A stretch of DNA of 64,000 nt from NCBI GenBank assembly GCA_021793645.1, contig JAJYSJ010000002.1:144753-208752 (forward strand). The letters run 5' to 3'. A program made the position numbers and the translations under genes. Position 1 is the stretch's first letter. Every line of letters starts with the position of its first letter. Source of the stretch: Bacillota bacterium. Its GTDB lineage: Bacteria; Bacillota; Sulfobacillia; JAJZYS01; JAJYTV01. The notes under the pieces were generated by a model that searched no databases, had not been told where the DNA came from, and worked only from the letters and a program-made list of their open reading frames with translations. Shown in pieces: positions 47,334 through 57,741 of the stretch.

Positions 47334-48454
47334 GGGCGGCGGTGATGCCGGAGGACGGCGACCGTCTGGAGATCCGGGACCTCGACCTAGCAGATCCTGG
47401 TCCTGGACAGGCGCTTGTTCGCCTGGTCGCCAGCGGCGTCTGCCACAGCGACCTGCACGTAATTGAGGGCACCCTTCCGGTGCCGCTGCCCGCCGTTCTA
47501 GGCCATGAGGGGGCCGGGATCGTAGAGGCGGTCGGCCCAGGGGTAACCCGCGTGCAGCCGGGAGACCACGTGGTACTCTCTTGGGTCCCGAGCTGCGGCT
47601 CCTGCTTCTACTGCGGGATTGGACGGCCGGACATGTGCGACGATGCCTTCGCAATCCAGATGAGCGGTTCGCTCCCTGGCGGCGGCATGCGGCTGAGCGA
47701 CGGCGAGGAGCAGGTGTACCACTTCCTCGGGACGTCCTGCTTCGCCGAGCGTACGGTCGTCCAGGAGCGCGGCCTTGTGCCGATCCGGCGCGATGTGCCC
47801 CTCGATAGGGCGGCACTCGTCGGCTGCGCGGTCACGACCGGCTACGGTGCCGTGATGCACACGGCCCAGGTGCAGCCCGGATCCCGCGTGGCAGTCATCG
47901 GCGCCGGCGGCGTCGGTCTCAACGTGATCCAGACCGCAGCGCTGGCCGGTGCCCGCCAGATCATCGTGATCGACCGGGTTCCGGAAAAGCTTGCCCTGGC
48001 GCGCCGCTTCGGTGCCACCGACGTGATCGACGCCGCACATCTCGATGACCTTGTAACCCCGGTCCTCGACCTGACGGAGGGCAGGGGCGCCGACTACAGC
48101 TTCGAGGTCGTGGGCCGTCCCGAGACCATCGAGGCGGCCTACGGCATGACGCGCAAGGCTGGTATGACCGTCGTCGTGGGCATCGCGGCGCCGCACGAGG
48201 AATTGTCACTGAACGCCTTTTCGATCCCTGCGCAGTCGCGCATCCTGACGGGCAGCTGGTACGGGCGGTCTGTGCCCGACGTAGACATACCCGCGATCTT
48301 GGACCTGTACATGCAGGGGCGTCTCGATCTCGACGGGCTGATTTCCCATCGATACGCGCTGGAGGAGATCAACGACGCCTTCGACGCGATGCGGCGGGGC
48401 GAACTCGCCCGTGGCGTGATCGACTTTGCCAAGACAAGGGAGGCGGGTGCCTGA
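47330..48454 (+). CDS. zinc-dependent alcohol dehydrogenase (class III / AdhC-like MDR)
   Basis: Catalytic Zn ligands ([14 protein letters not shown]), structural Zn motif ([15 protein letters not shown]) and a Rossmann motif GAGGVG. Confidence 0.9.
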   Translation: MRAAVMPEDGDRLEIRDLDLADPGPGQALVRLVASGVCHSDLHVIEGTLPVPLPAVLGHEGAGIVEAVGPGVTRVQPGDHVVLSWVPSCGSCFYCGIGRPDMCDDAFAIQMSGSLPGGGMRLSDGEEQVYHFLGTSCFAERTVVQERGLVPIRRDVPLDRAALVGCAVTTGYGAVMHTAQVQPGSRVAVIGAGGVGLNVIQTAALAGARQIIVIDRVPEKLALARRFGATDVIDAAHLDDLVTPVLDLTEGRGADYSFEVVGRPETIEAAYGMTRKAGMTVVVGIAAPHEELSLNAFSIPAQSRILTGSWYGRSVPDVDIPAILDLYMQGRLDLDGLISHRYALEEINDAFDAMRRGELARGVIDFAKTREAGA

Positions 48455-49947
48455 TGGCGGAGGAAATCTCCGTGCCCGAGGGTTCGTTGTACATCGACGG
48501 CGAGTGGACTCCGCCGCACTCCGGCCGCCGCTATCCCCTCATCGACCCGGCGACTGCGGAGCCGTTCGCACAGGCGGCCGACGGCGGAGCGGAAGACATC
48601 GACCGCGCGGTGTCCGCCGCTCTGGCAGCCATGCGCGAACGTCGCTGGCTGGGCATCGACCCACTCGAGCGCTCGCGGGTGCTCCATCGCATGGCGGACG
48701 GCATCCGCGCACATGCACAGGAACTCTCAGAGGCAATGGTGCGCGAGAACGGCATGCCTCTCGCGTTTGCCCAATGGCTCGAGATCCCGATGGCCGCCGA
48801 TGTCTTCGACTACTTCTCCGGTCTGGTGCCGCAGGTGCACGGCGAGACCCTGCCCTTCTCCCTGCCGGGTCCCCAAGGCGACTACCTCGCCTTCACTCTG
48901 CGCGAACCGGTCGGGGTGGCAGGACTGATCACGCCGTGGAACTTCCCCTTGCTGATGCCGGCGTGGAAGCTGGCGCCAGCCCTCGCAGCGGGCTGCGCCG
49001 CCGTATTGAAGCCGGCTCCGGAGACGCCGCGCACGGCGCTCCTCTTGGCCGCGATCGCCGCAGAGGCAGGCGTGCCCCCAGGCGTGATCAATGTGGTCAC
49101 CGGAGGGGATGAGGCCGGGATCGCGCTCGTCGCCCACCCCTTCGTCCCGAAGATCGCGATCACCGGCGAGACCGCTACCGGCGCCAAGGTGATGACCTCC
49201 GCAGCGCAGCGCATCAAGCGGGTGACGCTCGAACTTGGCGGAAAGTCTCCAAACATCATCTTTGACGACGTCGCTCTCGACCAGGCCGTCTCCGGCGCCC
49301 TCTTCGGGGTCTACCTCAACTCGGGGCAGGTCTGCCAGGCGGGCAGCCGCATCCTCGTCCAGGAGACGATCGCCGATCAGTTCGTGGAGGCGCTCAGCGC
49401 GCGCGTGGCGGACCTGCACGTCGGACCGGGCTCCGACTTCTCGAGCGACATCGGTCCCGTCGTCAGCGCCCGTCAACTGGAGCGAGTGATGGGCTACATC
49501 GACACTGCGGGCGCAGAGGGCGCCCGTCTCGTCGCGGGCGGACGCCGCCTTCGCGAACTAGGACAGGGCTTCTTCGTCGAGCCGACCGTCTTCACTGACG
49601 TCACGCCCTCGATGCGCATCGCGCAGGAGGAGGTGTTCGGGCCGGTCTCCGCAGTCATCCGATTTCGAGACGAGGCTGAAGCGCTCGAGATCGCGAACGG
49701 AACGTCGTACGGCCTTGCGGCCGGCATCTGGACCAAGGATCTGCGCCGAGCACTGCGAATGGCACGCGGGGTGCAGGCCGGAACAGTCTGGCTGAACACC
49801 TATCAGCTCCTGTCGCCAACCGTCCCCTTCGGCGGCTACAAGGAAAGCGGCCTCGGCCGCGAACTCGGTCCCCATGCCCTGGACGCCTATCTCGAGACAA
49901 AGACCGTGATCGCAGATCTGAACGAGGAGCCGTTCAGCTTTTTCTAA
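48454..49947 (+). CDS. NAD(P)-dependent aldehyde dehydrogenase
   Basis: ALDH catalytic Cys (GQVCQAGSR) and Glu (ELGGKSP), and an NAD-binding G-x-x-x-x-G region. ATG overlaps the ADH stop. Confidence 0.9.
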   Translation: MAEEISVPEGSLYIDGEWTPPHSGRRYPLIDPATAEPFAQAADGGAEDIDRAVSAALAAMRERRWLGIDPLERSRVLHRMADGIRAHAQELSEAMVRENGMPLAFAQWLEIPMAADVFDYFSGLVPQVHGETLPFSLPGPQGDYLAFTLREPVGVAGLITPWNFPLLMPAWKLAPALAAGCAAVLKPAPETPRTALLLAAIAAEAGVPPGVINVVTGGDEAGIALVAHPFVPKIAITGETATGAKVMTSAAQRIKRVTLELGGKSPNIIFDDVALDQAVSGALFGVYLNSGQVCQAGSRILVQETIADQFVEALSARVADLHVGPGSDFSSDIGPVVSARQLERVMGYIDTAGAEGARLVAGGRRLRELGQGFFVEPTVFTDVTPSMRIAQEEVFGPVSAVIRFRDEAEALEIANGTSYGLAAGIWTKDLRRALRMARGVQAGTVWLNTYQLLSPTVPFGGYKESGLGRELGPHALDAYLETKTVIADLNEEPFSFF

Positions 49948-50023
49948 CCGTTTCGGCGCATCGTAGCGGGGGCGCGCAGGATCGCAAGGCGGATGTGCCA
50001 AACTTGTTCACGTTTCCACCTGG

Positions 50024-50755
50024 ATGGCAGGGGGTGCCGCCTTGTTTTCCGTGATCCTCCCAACGACGCGGCCGGATCTCCTGCCGCGCGCGCTGCGCTC
50101 GATCGCCGCCCAGTCCTTGCTCCCGGCGGAAGTCCTCGTCGTGCACGACGGAGGGCCAGCGCTCGACATCGGCAGATTGCCTTTCCCGGTGCGGTCGATC
50201 GGCATCCAGCCCCGCCAGGGACCGTCCGCTGTGCGCAACGCGGCCGTAGCCCTAAGCACGTCTGAACTCATCGCTTTCCTGGACGACGACGACGAATGGA
50301 TGCCGGAGCACCTCGCATCGCTCGCGCCCGCTGCAGGTCGTGCGCTCGCGTTCTGCGACGCCGAACTCACGAACGAATCCGAGGGCTGGTCCGCGCCCTT
50401 CCGCTTCCGCTTCACGCCCGCACTGCTCCGGCGGACCAACCCGATCATCCTCTCCGGCATCGCCCTGCCGAAAGAAGCCTTCTGGCGCGTCGGCGGCTTC
50501 GACGCGGCACTTGCGCGCTATGAGGCTTGGGACTTCTTCCTGCGCCTTCAGGAGGCCGGCGTCGAGATCGTCCGCGTCCCAAAGGCGACGCTGCACTACC
50601 GATTCTCACAGCGCTCTGCGACCGCCGACGACGGCGCGATGGCCGAGGCCTTCGCGCGCTTCTGCCGCAAGCACGGCCTCAAAGATCTGCCGCGGGCGAA
50701 CTTCGCCTCGATGCTGAGAGATCCCACCTTCGCAGCGGATCGGGACGGAGCGTAG
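50024..50755 (+). CDS. family-2 glycosyltransferase
   Basis: GT-A motifs (VILPTTR, DDDDEW). Start uncertain (ATG 50024 or TTG 50045). Confidence 0.7.
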   Translation: MAGGAALFSVILPTTRPDLLPRALRSIAAQSLLPAEVLVVHDGGPALDIGRLPFPVRSIGIQPRQGPSAVRNAAVALSTSELIAFLDDDDEWMPEHLASLAPAAGRALAFCDAELTNESEGWSAPFRFRFTPALLRRTNPIILSGIALPKEAFWRVGGFDAALARYEAWDFFLRLQEAGVEIVRVPKATLHYRFSQRSATADDGAMAEAFARFCRKHGLKDLPRANFASMLRDPTFAADRDGA

Positions 50756-50764
50756 CCCCGCGCC

Positions 50765-52420
50765 TCAGCGCCTGGCCGGCCGCCGGAGCACGTCCTCCAC
50801 AGGGCCCGCGTTGAGGATGTCCTTGGCCGCGACGCCCGCCTTCTGCGCTTGGGCGATGCCGAGCGGCATGTATCCGAGTTCCTCGACCGAGTGCGCGTCC
50901 GTATCGATGAGAAAGCGAAGTCCCTGCGCGCCAGCGTCTCCCAGCCAGCGGTAGTCGAGGTCCAGCCTGCGCGGCGAGGCATTCAGTTCAAGCGCTGTCC
51001 CCGCCTCACGCGCCGCCGCGAAGACGCGCCCCCAGTCTGCTGCGATCGGGGGGCGCAGCCCCAGCTTGCGCGCGCCAGGATGGCCGATCGCCGTCACCAG
51101 CGGATGCCGGATCGCGCGCACGAGGCGCATAGTCGCCTCCTCCACGCCCTGGTCGAACTGTCCGTGCACCGACGCGATCACAACGTCGAGTTCAGAGAGC
51201 AGGTCGTCGGGTAGATCGAGGCTGCCGTCCGAATGGATGTCCACCTCGCACCCCTGCAGGAGGCGAAAGCCCTCCGGCAGACTGCGCTGCACATCCCGGA
51301 TCTCCTGCCGCTGTGCCCGGTAGCGCTCCGGCGTGAGTCCGTTCGCCACCTTGAGCCCCTGTGAATGGTCCGTCACCGCGAGGTAGCTGTAGCCCCGCGC
51401 AACCGCAGCGGCGGCCATCGTCGCGATGCTCTCCGCGCCGTCGGACCAGGTCGAGTGCGTGTGCAGGTCGCCCTGCACCGTCCGGGGCGCCGCAGCGCGG
51501 CGCGCCGGGTCGAGCCCTCGCAGCGTCGGGGGCACAGCCTCCATCCCGGCGCCGCGGAAGACCTCCTCCTCCGTCGCGCACGGGACGAGCGTGCCGCCCT
51601 CAAATATCCCCTGCGGCGTCATCCGCAGTCCGCGCCGTTCGAGCGCGCGCTGCAGCTCCTCGAGGAAGGCCGCGGGACCTGTCGCCGCCAGCAGCGCTGC
51701 GCCGAGCACCGATTCCTCGACGAAGCGTAGACACTTTGGCCCCAGCGTGAAGCCGCTTGGCAGCGCGAAGGGCTGCATCTCCAGCCAGGCCCTGCGATTG
51801 TCCGCGCTCCCGGGCGCGAACCACTGCGGGTCCTTGACGGTCGGGTCGAGGCGCCTGAGCGCGCCCGCCGGCTGGACTCCGCGCAGCGAGCGCATAAGCG
51901 CCGCGCTCGCGGCCATAAGCTCCGGGAGCGGCACGCCGAGGCGACGCTCAGAAAAGGCGCGCAGCAGGTGCGTGCGCTGCGAGGGGGAGATGCCTGGGAG
52001 GGGCGTACCGGCGCGGAGCTTCGCCTCGAGCTCCCCAACCCTGCCGATGCCTTCCGCCCACAGCTTGCGGGCCGTCGACGGCCCGACGCCAGGCAGCCGC
52101 AGTAGGGCGGACAGTTCTGGCGGCTGGTCCGCCCGCAGGCGCACCAGGGACGCGGGCAGCTCGCCCTCGAGCATGCGGCGGATCTTGCCGCCGATCTTCA
52201 CTCCGATGCCCGGCGCGTCCTCCAGTGCTGTGGGCCGCGAAAGATCCACAGAGCCGTCGGCGATCCGCCGCGCCGCCTCGCTGTATGCCCGCGACTTCCA
52301 CTGGCCTTCTTGCGCGAACACAACGCGATCCGCGAGTTCCTGCAGCAGTCCTGCGATCTCCTGCGCGCTGCGCACTGCCGTCCCCCCCGAAGAAGCGTCG
52401 CCCGCAGGCTCTGCGCGCAT
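50765..52420 (-). CDS. polX: family X DNA polymerase with C-terminal PHP phosphoesterase domain (PolX)
   Basis: Pol-beta-like HhH motifs (LPGVGPSTARKL) and a PHP motif (DLHTHSTWSDG..VTDHS). Confidence 0.85.
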   Translation of the reverse strand: MRAEPAGDASSGGTAVRSAQEIAGLLQELADRVVFAQEGQWKSRAYSEAARRIADGSVDLSRPTALEDAPGIGVKIGGKIRRMLEGELPASLVRLRADQPPELSALLRLPGVGPSTARKLWAEGIGRVGELEAKLRAGTPLPGISPSQRTHLLRAFSERRLGVPLPELMAASAALMRSLRGVQPAGALRRLDPTVKDPQWFAPGSADNRRAWLEMQPFALPSGFTLGPKCLRFVEESVLGAALLAATGPAAFLEELQRALERRGLRMTPQGIFEGGTLVPCATEEEVFRGAGMEAVPPTLRGLDPARRAAAPRTVQGDLHTHSTWSDGAESIATMAAAAVARGYSYLAVTDHSQGLKVANGLTPERYRAQRQEIRDVQRSLPEGFRLLQGCEVDIHSDGSLDLPDDLLSELDVVIASVHGQFDQGVEEATMRLVRAIRHPLVTAIGHPGARKLGLRPPIAADWGRVFAAAREAGTALELNASPRRLDLDYRWLGDAGAQGLRFLIDTDAHSVEELGYMPLGIAQAQKAGVAAKDILNAGPVEDVLRRPARR

Positions 52421-52431
52421 GCGCGGGTGCT

Positions 52432-54009
52432 TCAGCCTGCTCCGTTCAGCCGTGCGTAGATGCGGCGGTTCTGCCGGTAGATGTCCTGGTAGGCGGCAAA
52501 GGCGCGATCGTAGACGGCGCGCGTCTCCGCCCGCGGCTCAAAGGTCTTCGCAACCCCGATTCGCTGCGCGGCTTCCTCGAAGCTCGAGAGCCCCAGCGCG
52601 ACCGCGGCGATCGTCGCGGCGCCCCTGACATTGGCCTGCAGCGGCTCGTCCACCTGTTCGATCGTGCGTCCGAGGACATCCGCCTGAATCTGGCACCAGA
52701 CGTCTGAGCGGGCGCCGCCGCCGATGCAGCGGATCGGATCGAGCCTGCGCCCGGTGAACCCATCCATGGCCTGCAAAAGCCAGCGGCTGTTCAGCGCGAC
52801 ACCTTCGAGGACGGCACGCACCAAGTGCGGGCGGCTGGTCTCTAGGGAGACGTTGTAGAAGCCGCCGCGCACGAGATGATCCTCGATCGGGGTGCGCTCG
52901 CCATAGAGCCACGGTGTGAAGAGAACGCCTCCCGCGCCTGGCGGCGCCAGTGCCGCAGCTTCGTCGAACAGCCGGTACGCGTCTTTGGGCGGTGGACCAG
53001 TCCCCAGGACGTCCTCGTGATAGAAGAGGTTGTCCCGCAGGAAGGTGAGGCAGGCCCCTGCCGTCTCCTGCTCGTTGGCCACGAAGTAGCGGCCTGGGAT
53101 GGCCGAGGGCAAGGTCGCCATGTTGTGCGCGATGTCGGTCTTCTTGAGCGGGACGTGGCAGGTCAGCCAGGACGACGTGCCAAGGTACAGATGTGCCTGG
53201 AAATCTTGGGTCGCGCCGGATCCCACCGCGGCCGACTGGATATCGGGCGAGCCGCCGGCGACCGGTACGCCGGCCGGCAGGGAAAGGTCGCGGGCCGCCT
53301 CCTCGCACAACTCTCCGACGATGTCCGTGGAACGGAGGATCTCCGGCAGCTTGCTGCGTTCCACCCCCACCGCCCGCAGCAGTCCTGCGTCGTAGCGCAC
53401 CCGCGCCGCGTCGCGGTTGTCTGTGACCCAATGCAGAGCGATCGAATCGACCGTAGCTGCAAGCCGTCCCGTGAGGCGCGCGTTGAGGTAGTCCTTCGGC
53501 TCGAGAAAACAGGCGGCCGCAGCATAGAGCTCCGGACGCTCCGCCCGTAGGTAGAGAATGTGGGCGATCGAGTCCTTGCCCGAACCTGCGGGGATGCCGC
53601 CTGTCTTGCGCAGCCAGGTGAAGAGCTTGCCCGCCCCGTAGCCGGCCACCGAAGGCCAGCCCCGCGTCGCCGCCTGCACGTGCCGCGCCCCGCGGGCATC
53701 CATCCAGATGATCGCCGGGGAAAGCGCGCGCCCGCGGTTGTCGACCGGAACCGTGCCGGACCACTGCGCCGTGCAGCCGATCCCCTTCACGTCGCCTGGC
53801 GCGGCGGCGCCGGTTTGCCACAGGCGCGCGGCGGCGGTAGCAATCGCCCGCCACCAAGCGTCAGGATCCTGCTCCGCGCCGCCGCCGGGCAGAAGGGCGA
53901 GCGGATACTCCTCTGTCTCGAGCGCAAGCACCGCGCCATCCGTTCCGACGAGCGCAACCTTGCAGGCCGATGTCCCAAGGTCGATCGCGAAGATGCATGG
54001 CTTGCCCAT
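52432..54009 (-). CDS. FGGY-family carbohydrate kinase (xylulokinase/glycerol kinase-like)
   Basis: N-terminal FAIDLGTSACK and an FGGY C-terminal domain; 525 aa. Confidence 0.85.
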   Translation of the reverse strand: MGKPCIFAIDLGTSACKVALVGTDGAVLALETEEYPLALLPGGGAEQDPDAWWRAIATAAARLWQTGAAAPGDVKGIGCTAQWSGTVPVDNRGRALSPAIIWMDARGARHVQAATRGWPSVAGYGAGKLFTWLRKTGGIPAGSGKDSIAHILYLRAERPELYAAAACFLEPKDYLNARLTGRLAATVDSIALHWVTDNRDAARVRYDAGLLRAVGVERSKLPEILRSTDIVGELCEEAARDLSLPAGVPVAGGSPDIQSAAVGSGATQDFQAHLYLGTSSWLTCHVPLKKTDIAHNMATLPSAIPGRYFVANEQETAGACLTFLRDNLFYHEDVLGTGPPPKDAYRLFDEAAALAPPGAGGVLFTPWLYGERTPIEDHLVRGGFYNVSLETSRPHLVRAVLEGVALNSRWLLQAMDGFTGRRLDPIRCIGGGARSDVWCQIQADVLGRTIEQVDEPLQANVRGAATIAAVALGLSSFEEAAQRIGVAKTFEPRAETRAVYDRAFAAYQDIYRQNRRIYARLNGAG

Positions 54010-54018
54010 ATCCCTCTC

Positions 54019-55428
54019 CTAGACCTCGTAGAGCACGTCGATGTAGGCCTCAAGGAGCCCGTGCACGAGTTCCCCAGGCGCCATCGCGGCCATGCCGTAG
54101 AGAGGCGCCATCCCCGTGCGCACCTCGGGACTGCGCCGCACCTCGTCCGTCGAAGCCTGCAGGTCGGAAAGAAAGCGCTCCACGACCCCCTCCTCCGCGT
54201 GTCGGCGGGTGAGGGCGATGTGGAAGGCAGGCGGGTGATGCAGGCCGTTCAGACTCCAGCCCCGCTGCGCCATCTGCTCCATCACCTGGTAGATGTCGAG
54301 CGTATCGGATGCGATCGCGACCACGAAGAGCGGGTCTCCCAGCACCTTGAGGTCCGGGATCTCGCGCACGCCCTGCTTGAGGCGGTCCGCTGCGGCCAGG
54401 ATCCCTTTGGCGGCCGCCATGTAGCCGTCCTCTCCCGTTGCGACGAGCGCCGCCCACGCAGCGGCGATCAAGGCGCCCGGCCGGCTCCCGAGGAGGGTCG
54501 AGGAGACGTAGAGCCCGCCTGGCCAGTCTGCGGCAGTGTAGCACTGGTGATGGAAGAGGTCGGCGCTCCGGTAGAGCACCACCGACGTTCCCTTCGCGGC
54601 AAAGCCGTACTTATGCGTATCCACGGATATCGACGTGACTCCTGGTACGCGGAAGTCGAAGGGCGGGACGGGGTAGCCGAGACGCTCCGCCCAGGGCAGG
54701 ACAAAGCCCCCAAGGCATGCGTCGACGTGGCAACCGATGTCGTGTTCTCCCGCGAGCGCGGCGATCTCCTCGATCGGGTCGATCACCCCATGGGGAAAGG
54801 ACGGCGCAGACGCGACGAGCACCACGGTATTCTCGTTCACGGCGGCGCGCATCGCCTCCACGTCCGCGCGCAGGTCCTCCGCGACCGGAACGCGCACGAG
54901 CCGCAGTCCGAAGTAGTGGGCGGCCTTCTCAAACGCCGCATGCGCCGTGACCGGCACGACGATCTCCGGCTGTGCGATGCCCTTCTCTTCACGCCCCCAG
55001 TCGCGGTAGGCCAGCATGGCGAGCAGGATGCTTTCCGTGCCGCCCGTGGAGACGGCGCCCACGACCCGGTCCCCGCGACGGTGCGTTCGGACCGCATCAC
55101 CGGAGAGCATTCTGGCGGTCATCGCCACGACCTCTGCCTCGAACTTCGCGGCGCTAGGCCAGATGTCGGGATGCAGAGGATTGCTCTGGGACTGGGTCTT
55201 ATAGGCGGCGCTCAGGAATTCCGTGTGCTCCGCGCCGCCATGGTAGACGGCGCCGGACGCGTAGCCAGTCTGCCAGCGGCCGGCCTCCAGCTGGCGCAGC
55301 TGCTCTAGGAGCGAAAGCACCTCCTGGTGGCTGCGCCCCCGTTCGGGCAGACGGTCCACCGTCTCCATGCGGCCCCTGTAGGGCTTGAGCTGCTTGGCAA
55401 GGAAACTGAGTATGTCGGGTGTACTCAC
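54019..55428 (-). CDS. PLP-dependent group II decarboxylase-fold enzyme, sphingosine-1-phosphate-lyase-like
   Basis: PLP-lysine motif SVDTHKYG and SPL/GAD-family similarity over ~460 aa. GTG start with an AGGAGG RBS; the 535-aa track ORF has a P/S/R-rich extension judged non-coding. Confidence 0.8.
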   Translation of the reverse strand: MSTPDILSFLAKQLKPYRGRMETVDRLPERGRSHQEVLSLLEQLRQLEAGRWQTGYASGAVYHGGAEHTEFLSAAYKTQSQSNPLHPDIWPSAAKFEAEVVAMTARMLSGDAVRTHRRGDRVVGAVSTGGTESILLAMLAYRDWGREEKGIAQPEIVVPVTAHAAFEKAAHYFGLRLVRVPVAEDLRADVEAMRAAVNENTVVLVASAPSFPHGVIDPIEEIAALAGEHDIGCHVDACLGGFVLPWAERLGYPVPPFDFRVPGVTSISVDTHKYGFAAKGTSVVLYRSADLFHHQCYTAADWPGGLYVSSTLLGSRPGALIAAAWAALVATGEDGYMAAAKGILAAADRLKQGVREIPDLKVLGDPLFVVAIASDTLDIYQVMEQMAQRGWSLNGLHHPPAFHIALTRRHAEEGVVERFLSDLQASTDEVRRSPEVRTGMAPLYGMAAMAPGELVHGLLEAYIDVLYEV

Positions 55429-55450
55429 GGAAGTGATGCCTCCTAGGGGC

Positions 55451-56626
55451 CTACTGAGGTTGGGATGCGGATAGGGCCGCGGGAACGGCCGACGGGGAAG
55501 GCAGCTGCCAGGCCACCACGAGCCCGACGAGCGCAACGAAGGCGATGAAGGCGAGAGCGAGGTGCGGCAGGGCGACGAGCGGCGTGACTGCCACGACCAG
55601 CACGAAGCCGCCGAGGTTTCCTGCAAGCATCAGGAAGCCGACCGCGCGGCCCTGCTCCCCGGCGCCGACATGCACTTCCGCCCAGTCGAGGACGACGGGC
55701 AGGCTGGCGAGCAGCAGGATTCCTTCGAGTCCCAGCCAGACGGCCAACCACACTGCCGACTGCCGCCAGTCGATGGCGAGGGCAGTCAGCAGAGTCCAGC
55801 CGACCGCAGCGAAGAGCGTCCAGCGGCGCCAGCCGCGTGCGGCGACGATCGGCGGCAGGACGCCCGCGCCGACGATGCCGGTGAGGGTCATCAGGGCGAG
55901 CAGGTCGCCCGTCAGGTTGCCGGCGCCAAACGGAGCCAGGATCGGCTGCAGCCACGTGGCGAGCACGTTGTAGACGCCCATGCCGACGAAGAGCAGCGCA
56001 CCGAGCTTCCAGAGCAGCGGCTCCTTCGGCAGCCACGAGCCCGAAGGACTCGCAGGCGGATCCTCAAAGGCTGGCGGACTTTGCATAGACAGCACGAGGA
56101 GAATCGCGCCCGCAACGGCGATCGCCGCTTCTACCGTGAGAACGAGCGAAAGCCCGCCGGACGTGTACAAGGCCGGGCCGCCTGCCATCGCGATCATGAT
56201 ACCGATGAACAGCGACACGCTTCCCAGCCCGATTGCGACCGCACGCTCCTCCTGTGGGAAGTAGCGCGCAGCCAGCTTGGTGATGCCGTTCAAGACGAGG
56301 GGCTGACCGACCGAGATGACCACCTGGGCGAAGAGTTGCCAGGTGAAAGAGTCCGGCATGAACAGGCGGATCACTGCGCCGGCGCCCGTGAGGATCGCGC
56401 CTGTCCGCAGGGCTGTGTTGAAGTCCCTATCCAGCCAGCGTCCTGTCGGGAGTGCCAGTACGACGTAGATCAGCGGGAAGATTGCTGCGAGGTTCCCGAC
56501 GGCGGCGACGGACGTGTGCATCGCGTGCGCCGCTTCCGTGGTGATCGGCGCGAAGGTGATCCAGAGCATCTGCGTGCTGGCGGCAACGAGGCCGTAGGCG
56601 ACAAGGATCGGCCAGCGCCTTTGCAT
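55451..56626 (-). CDS. MFS transporter
   Basis: 12-TM hydropathy. First gene of a three-gene minus-strand operon with the SPL-like enzyme and the FGGY kinase. Confidence 0.8.
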   Translation of the reverse strand: MQRRWPILVAYGLVAASTQMLWITFAPITTEAAHAMHTSVAAVGNLAAIFPLIYVVLALPTGRWLDRDFNTALRTGAILTGAGAVIRLFMPDSFTWQLFAQVVISVGQPLVLNGITKLAARYFPQEERAVAIGLGSVSLFIGIMIAMAGGPALYTSGGLSLVLTVEAAIAVAGAILLVLSMQSPPAFEDPPASPSGSWLPKEPLLWKLGALLFVGMGVYNVLATWLQPILAPFGAGNLTGDLLALMTLTGIVGAGVLPPIVAARGWRRWTLFAAVGWTLLTALAIDWRQSAVWLAVWLGLEGILLLASLPVVLDWAEVHVGAGEQGRAVGFLMLAGNLGGFVLVVAVTPLVALPHLALAFIAFVALVGLVVAWQLPSPSAVPAALSASQPQ

Positions 56627-56671
56627 GGCTCCACCCCTTTCCGATTCGCGTCAGCGCGTGCAATGGCGGCC

Positions 56672-57121
56672 CTACGGCGTCCGCTCGCCCGACTGCTGCG
56701 CGCGCAGGCTGCGATACTCCTCGTAGAGCGGCGGCATCAGCGGCAGCAGCCTCAGCGCCTTGGCGATCGATCCCCGTGCAGTGATCTCCCCGCGTGCGAG
56801 CGCCTGGGTCACGTCGAGCTCGCCACTCCAGAAGCGGTGGCCGATCTCCGCGGAGCAGGTGAACGTGACGTCCGGCCGCGGCCCTCCGTCAAAGTGCATG
56901 ATCATGGCCGGTCCACCCTCCTCGGGCGTCCGGCCATCCATCACCAGCGTCAATTCGGGATCGTGATAGGCGAATGCCACAACCATGCCTGCATCGTAGA
57001 GCACTTTGGCCGCCTCGCTGGCGCTCGCCCTGCGGCCGAGTTCACCGAAGATCTCCAGCATCTCCGCCTTGTCGCGAAACGCCGCCAACACTGTCCCCTC
57101 CATGCATCCCCCAACGATCAT
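56672..57121 (-). CDS. SCP2 sterol-carrier domain protein (paralog of 46905..47333)
   Basis: Alignable along the whole length with the other SCP2 gene (..MLEIFGELGRRASASEAAKVL..GSIAKALRLLPLMPPLYEEY). Confidence 0.6.
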   Translation of the reverse strand: MIVGGCMEGTVLAAFRDKAEMLEIFGELGRRASASEAAKVLYDAGMVVAFAYHDPELTLVMDGRTPEEGGPAMIMHFDGGPRPDVTFTCSAEIGHRFWSGELDVTQALARGEITARGSIAKALRLLPLMPPLYEEYRSLRAQQSGERTP

Positions 57122-57196
57122 GCCAAGGGTGCGGTGGACAGCCGCGCCGCTGGCGATTTTGGAATATTTCGTCACATGTCCGTGAAATCCCGCTTC

Positions 57197-57535
57197 CTAC
57201 CACGAAAGGTTGAAGACGACGAACCCAAATGCAAACCAGAGGTCGCGGGCCGTGATGCGGCGGTTGAGTCCGAACGAATCGAGCGGGATCCGCCGGCCCC
57301 GTACGAGCCACCCGCCGAGCAGGAAAACGACTTCGCTCACAAGGGGGACAACGGCCGACATCGCCCAGGAGTGCGTCAAGGATGACACGCCGCCGGCAGG
57401 GTAGGCGATGATCCAGCCGAAGGTAACCATCATCGGGAAAATCCCACCGAACGCGACAGCGATAAACAGTCCACCAAGCCAGGAAGCGAAGGTAAGCCGA
57501 TCCGCCGAAGAAACGGGCGCTGTCTCGAGATCCAT
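57197..57535 (-). CDS. hypothetical membrane protein (3 TM)
   Basis: Hydrophobic ORF with no recognised family. Start chosen at MDLETAPV. Confidence 0.35.
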   Translation of the reverse strand: MDLETAPVSSADRLTFASWLGGLFIAVAFGGIFPMMVTFGWIIAYPAGGVSSLTHSWAMSAVVPLVSEVVFLLGGWLVRGRRIPLDSFGLNRRITARDLWFAFGFVVFNLSW

Positions 57536-57741
57536 GGGAACCTCCTTTGCCTGCGGCACGCACGGTGCGGCTACGGATTACTTCGTGACCGACCGCGTCG
57601 CTCCGTCCCACGTTTGACGAACGGTGTCCCAGTTCTTCCCATGCCGTGGAGGCCGAGAGCTGTCGAGCGGGATGGTGTGCGATCCCGTGTTGTCAAGAAG
57701 TTCGGGATGCCCAGACGCCGCAGAGGCGCTATCATGCTGGC

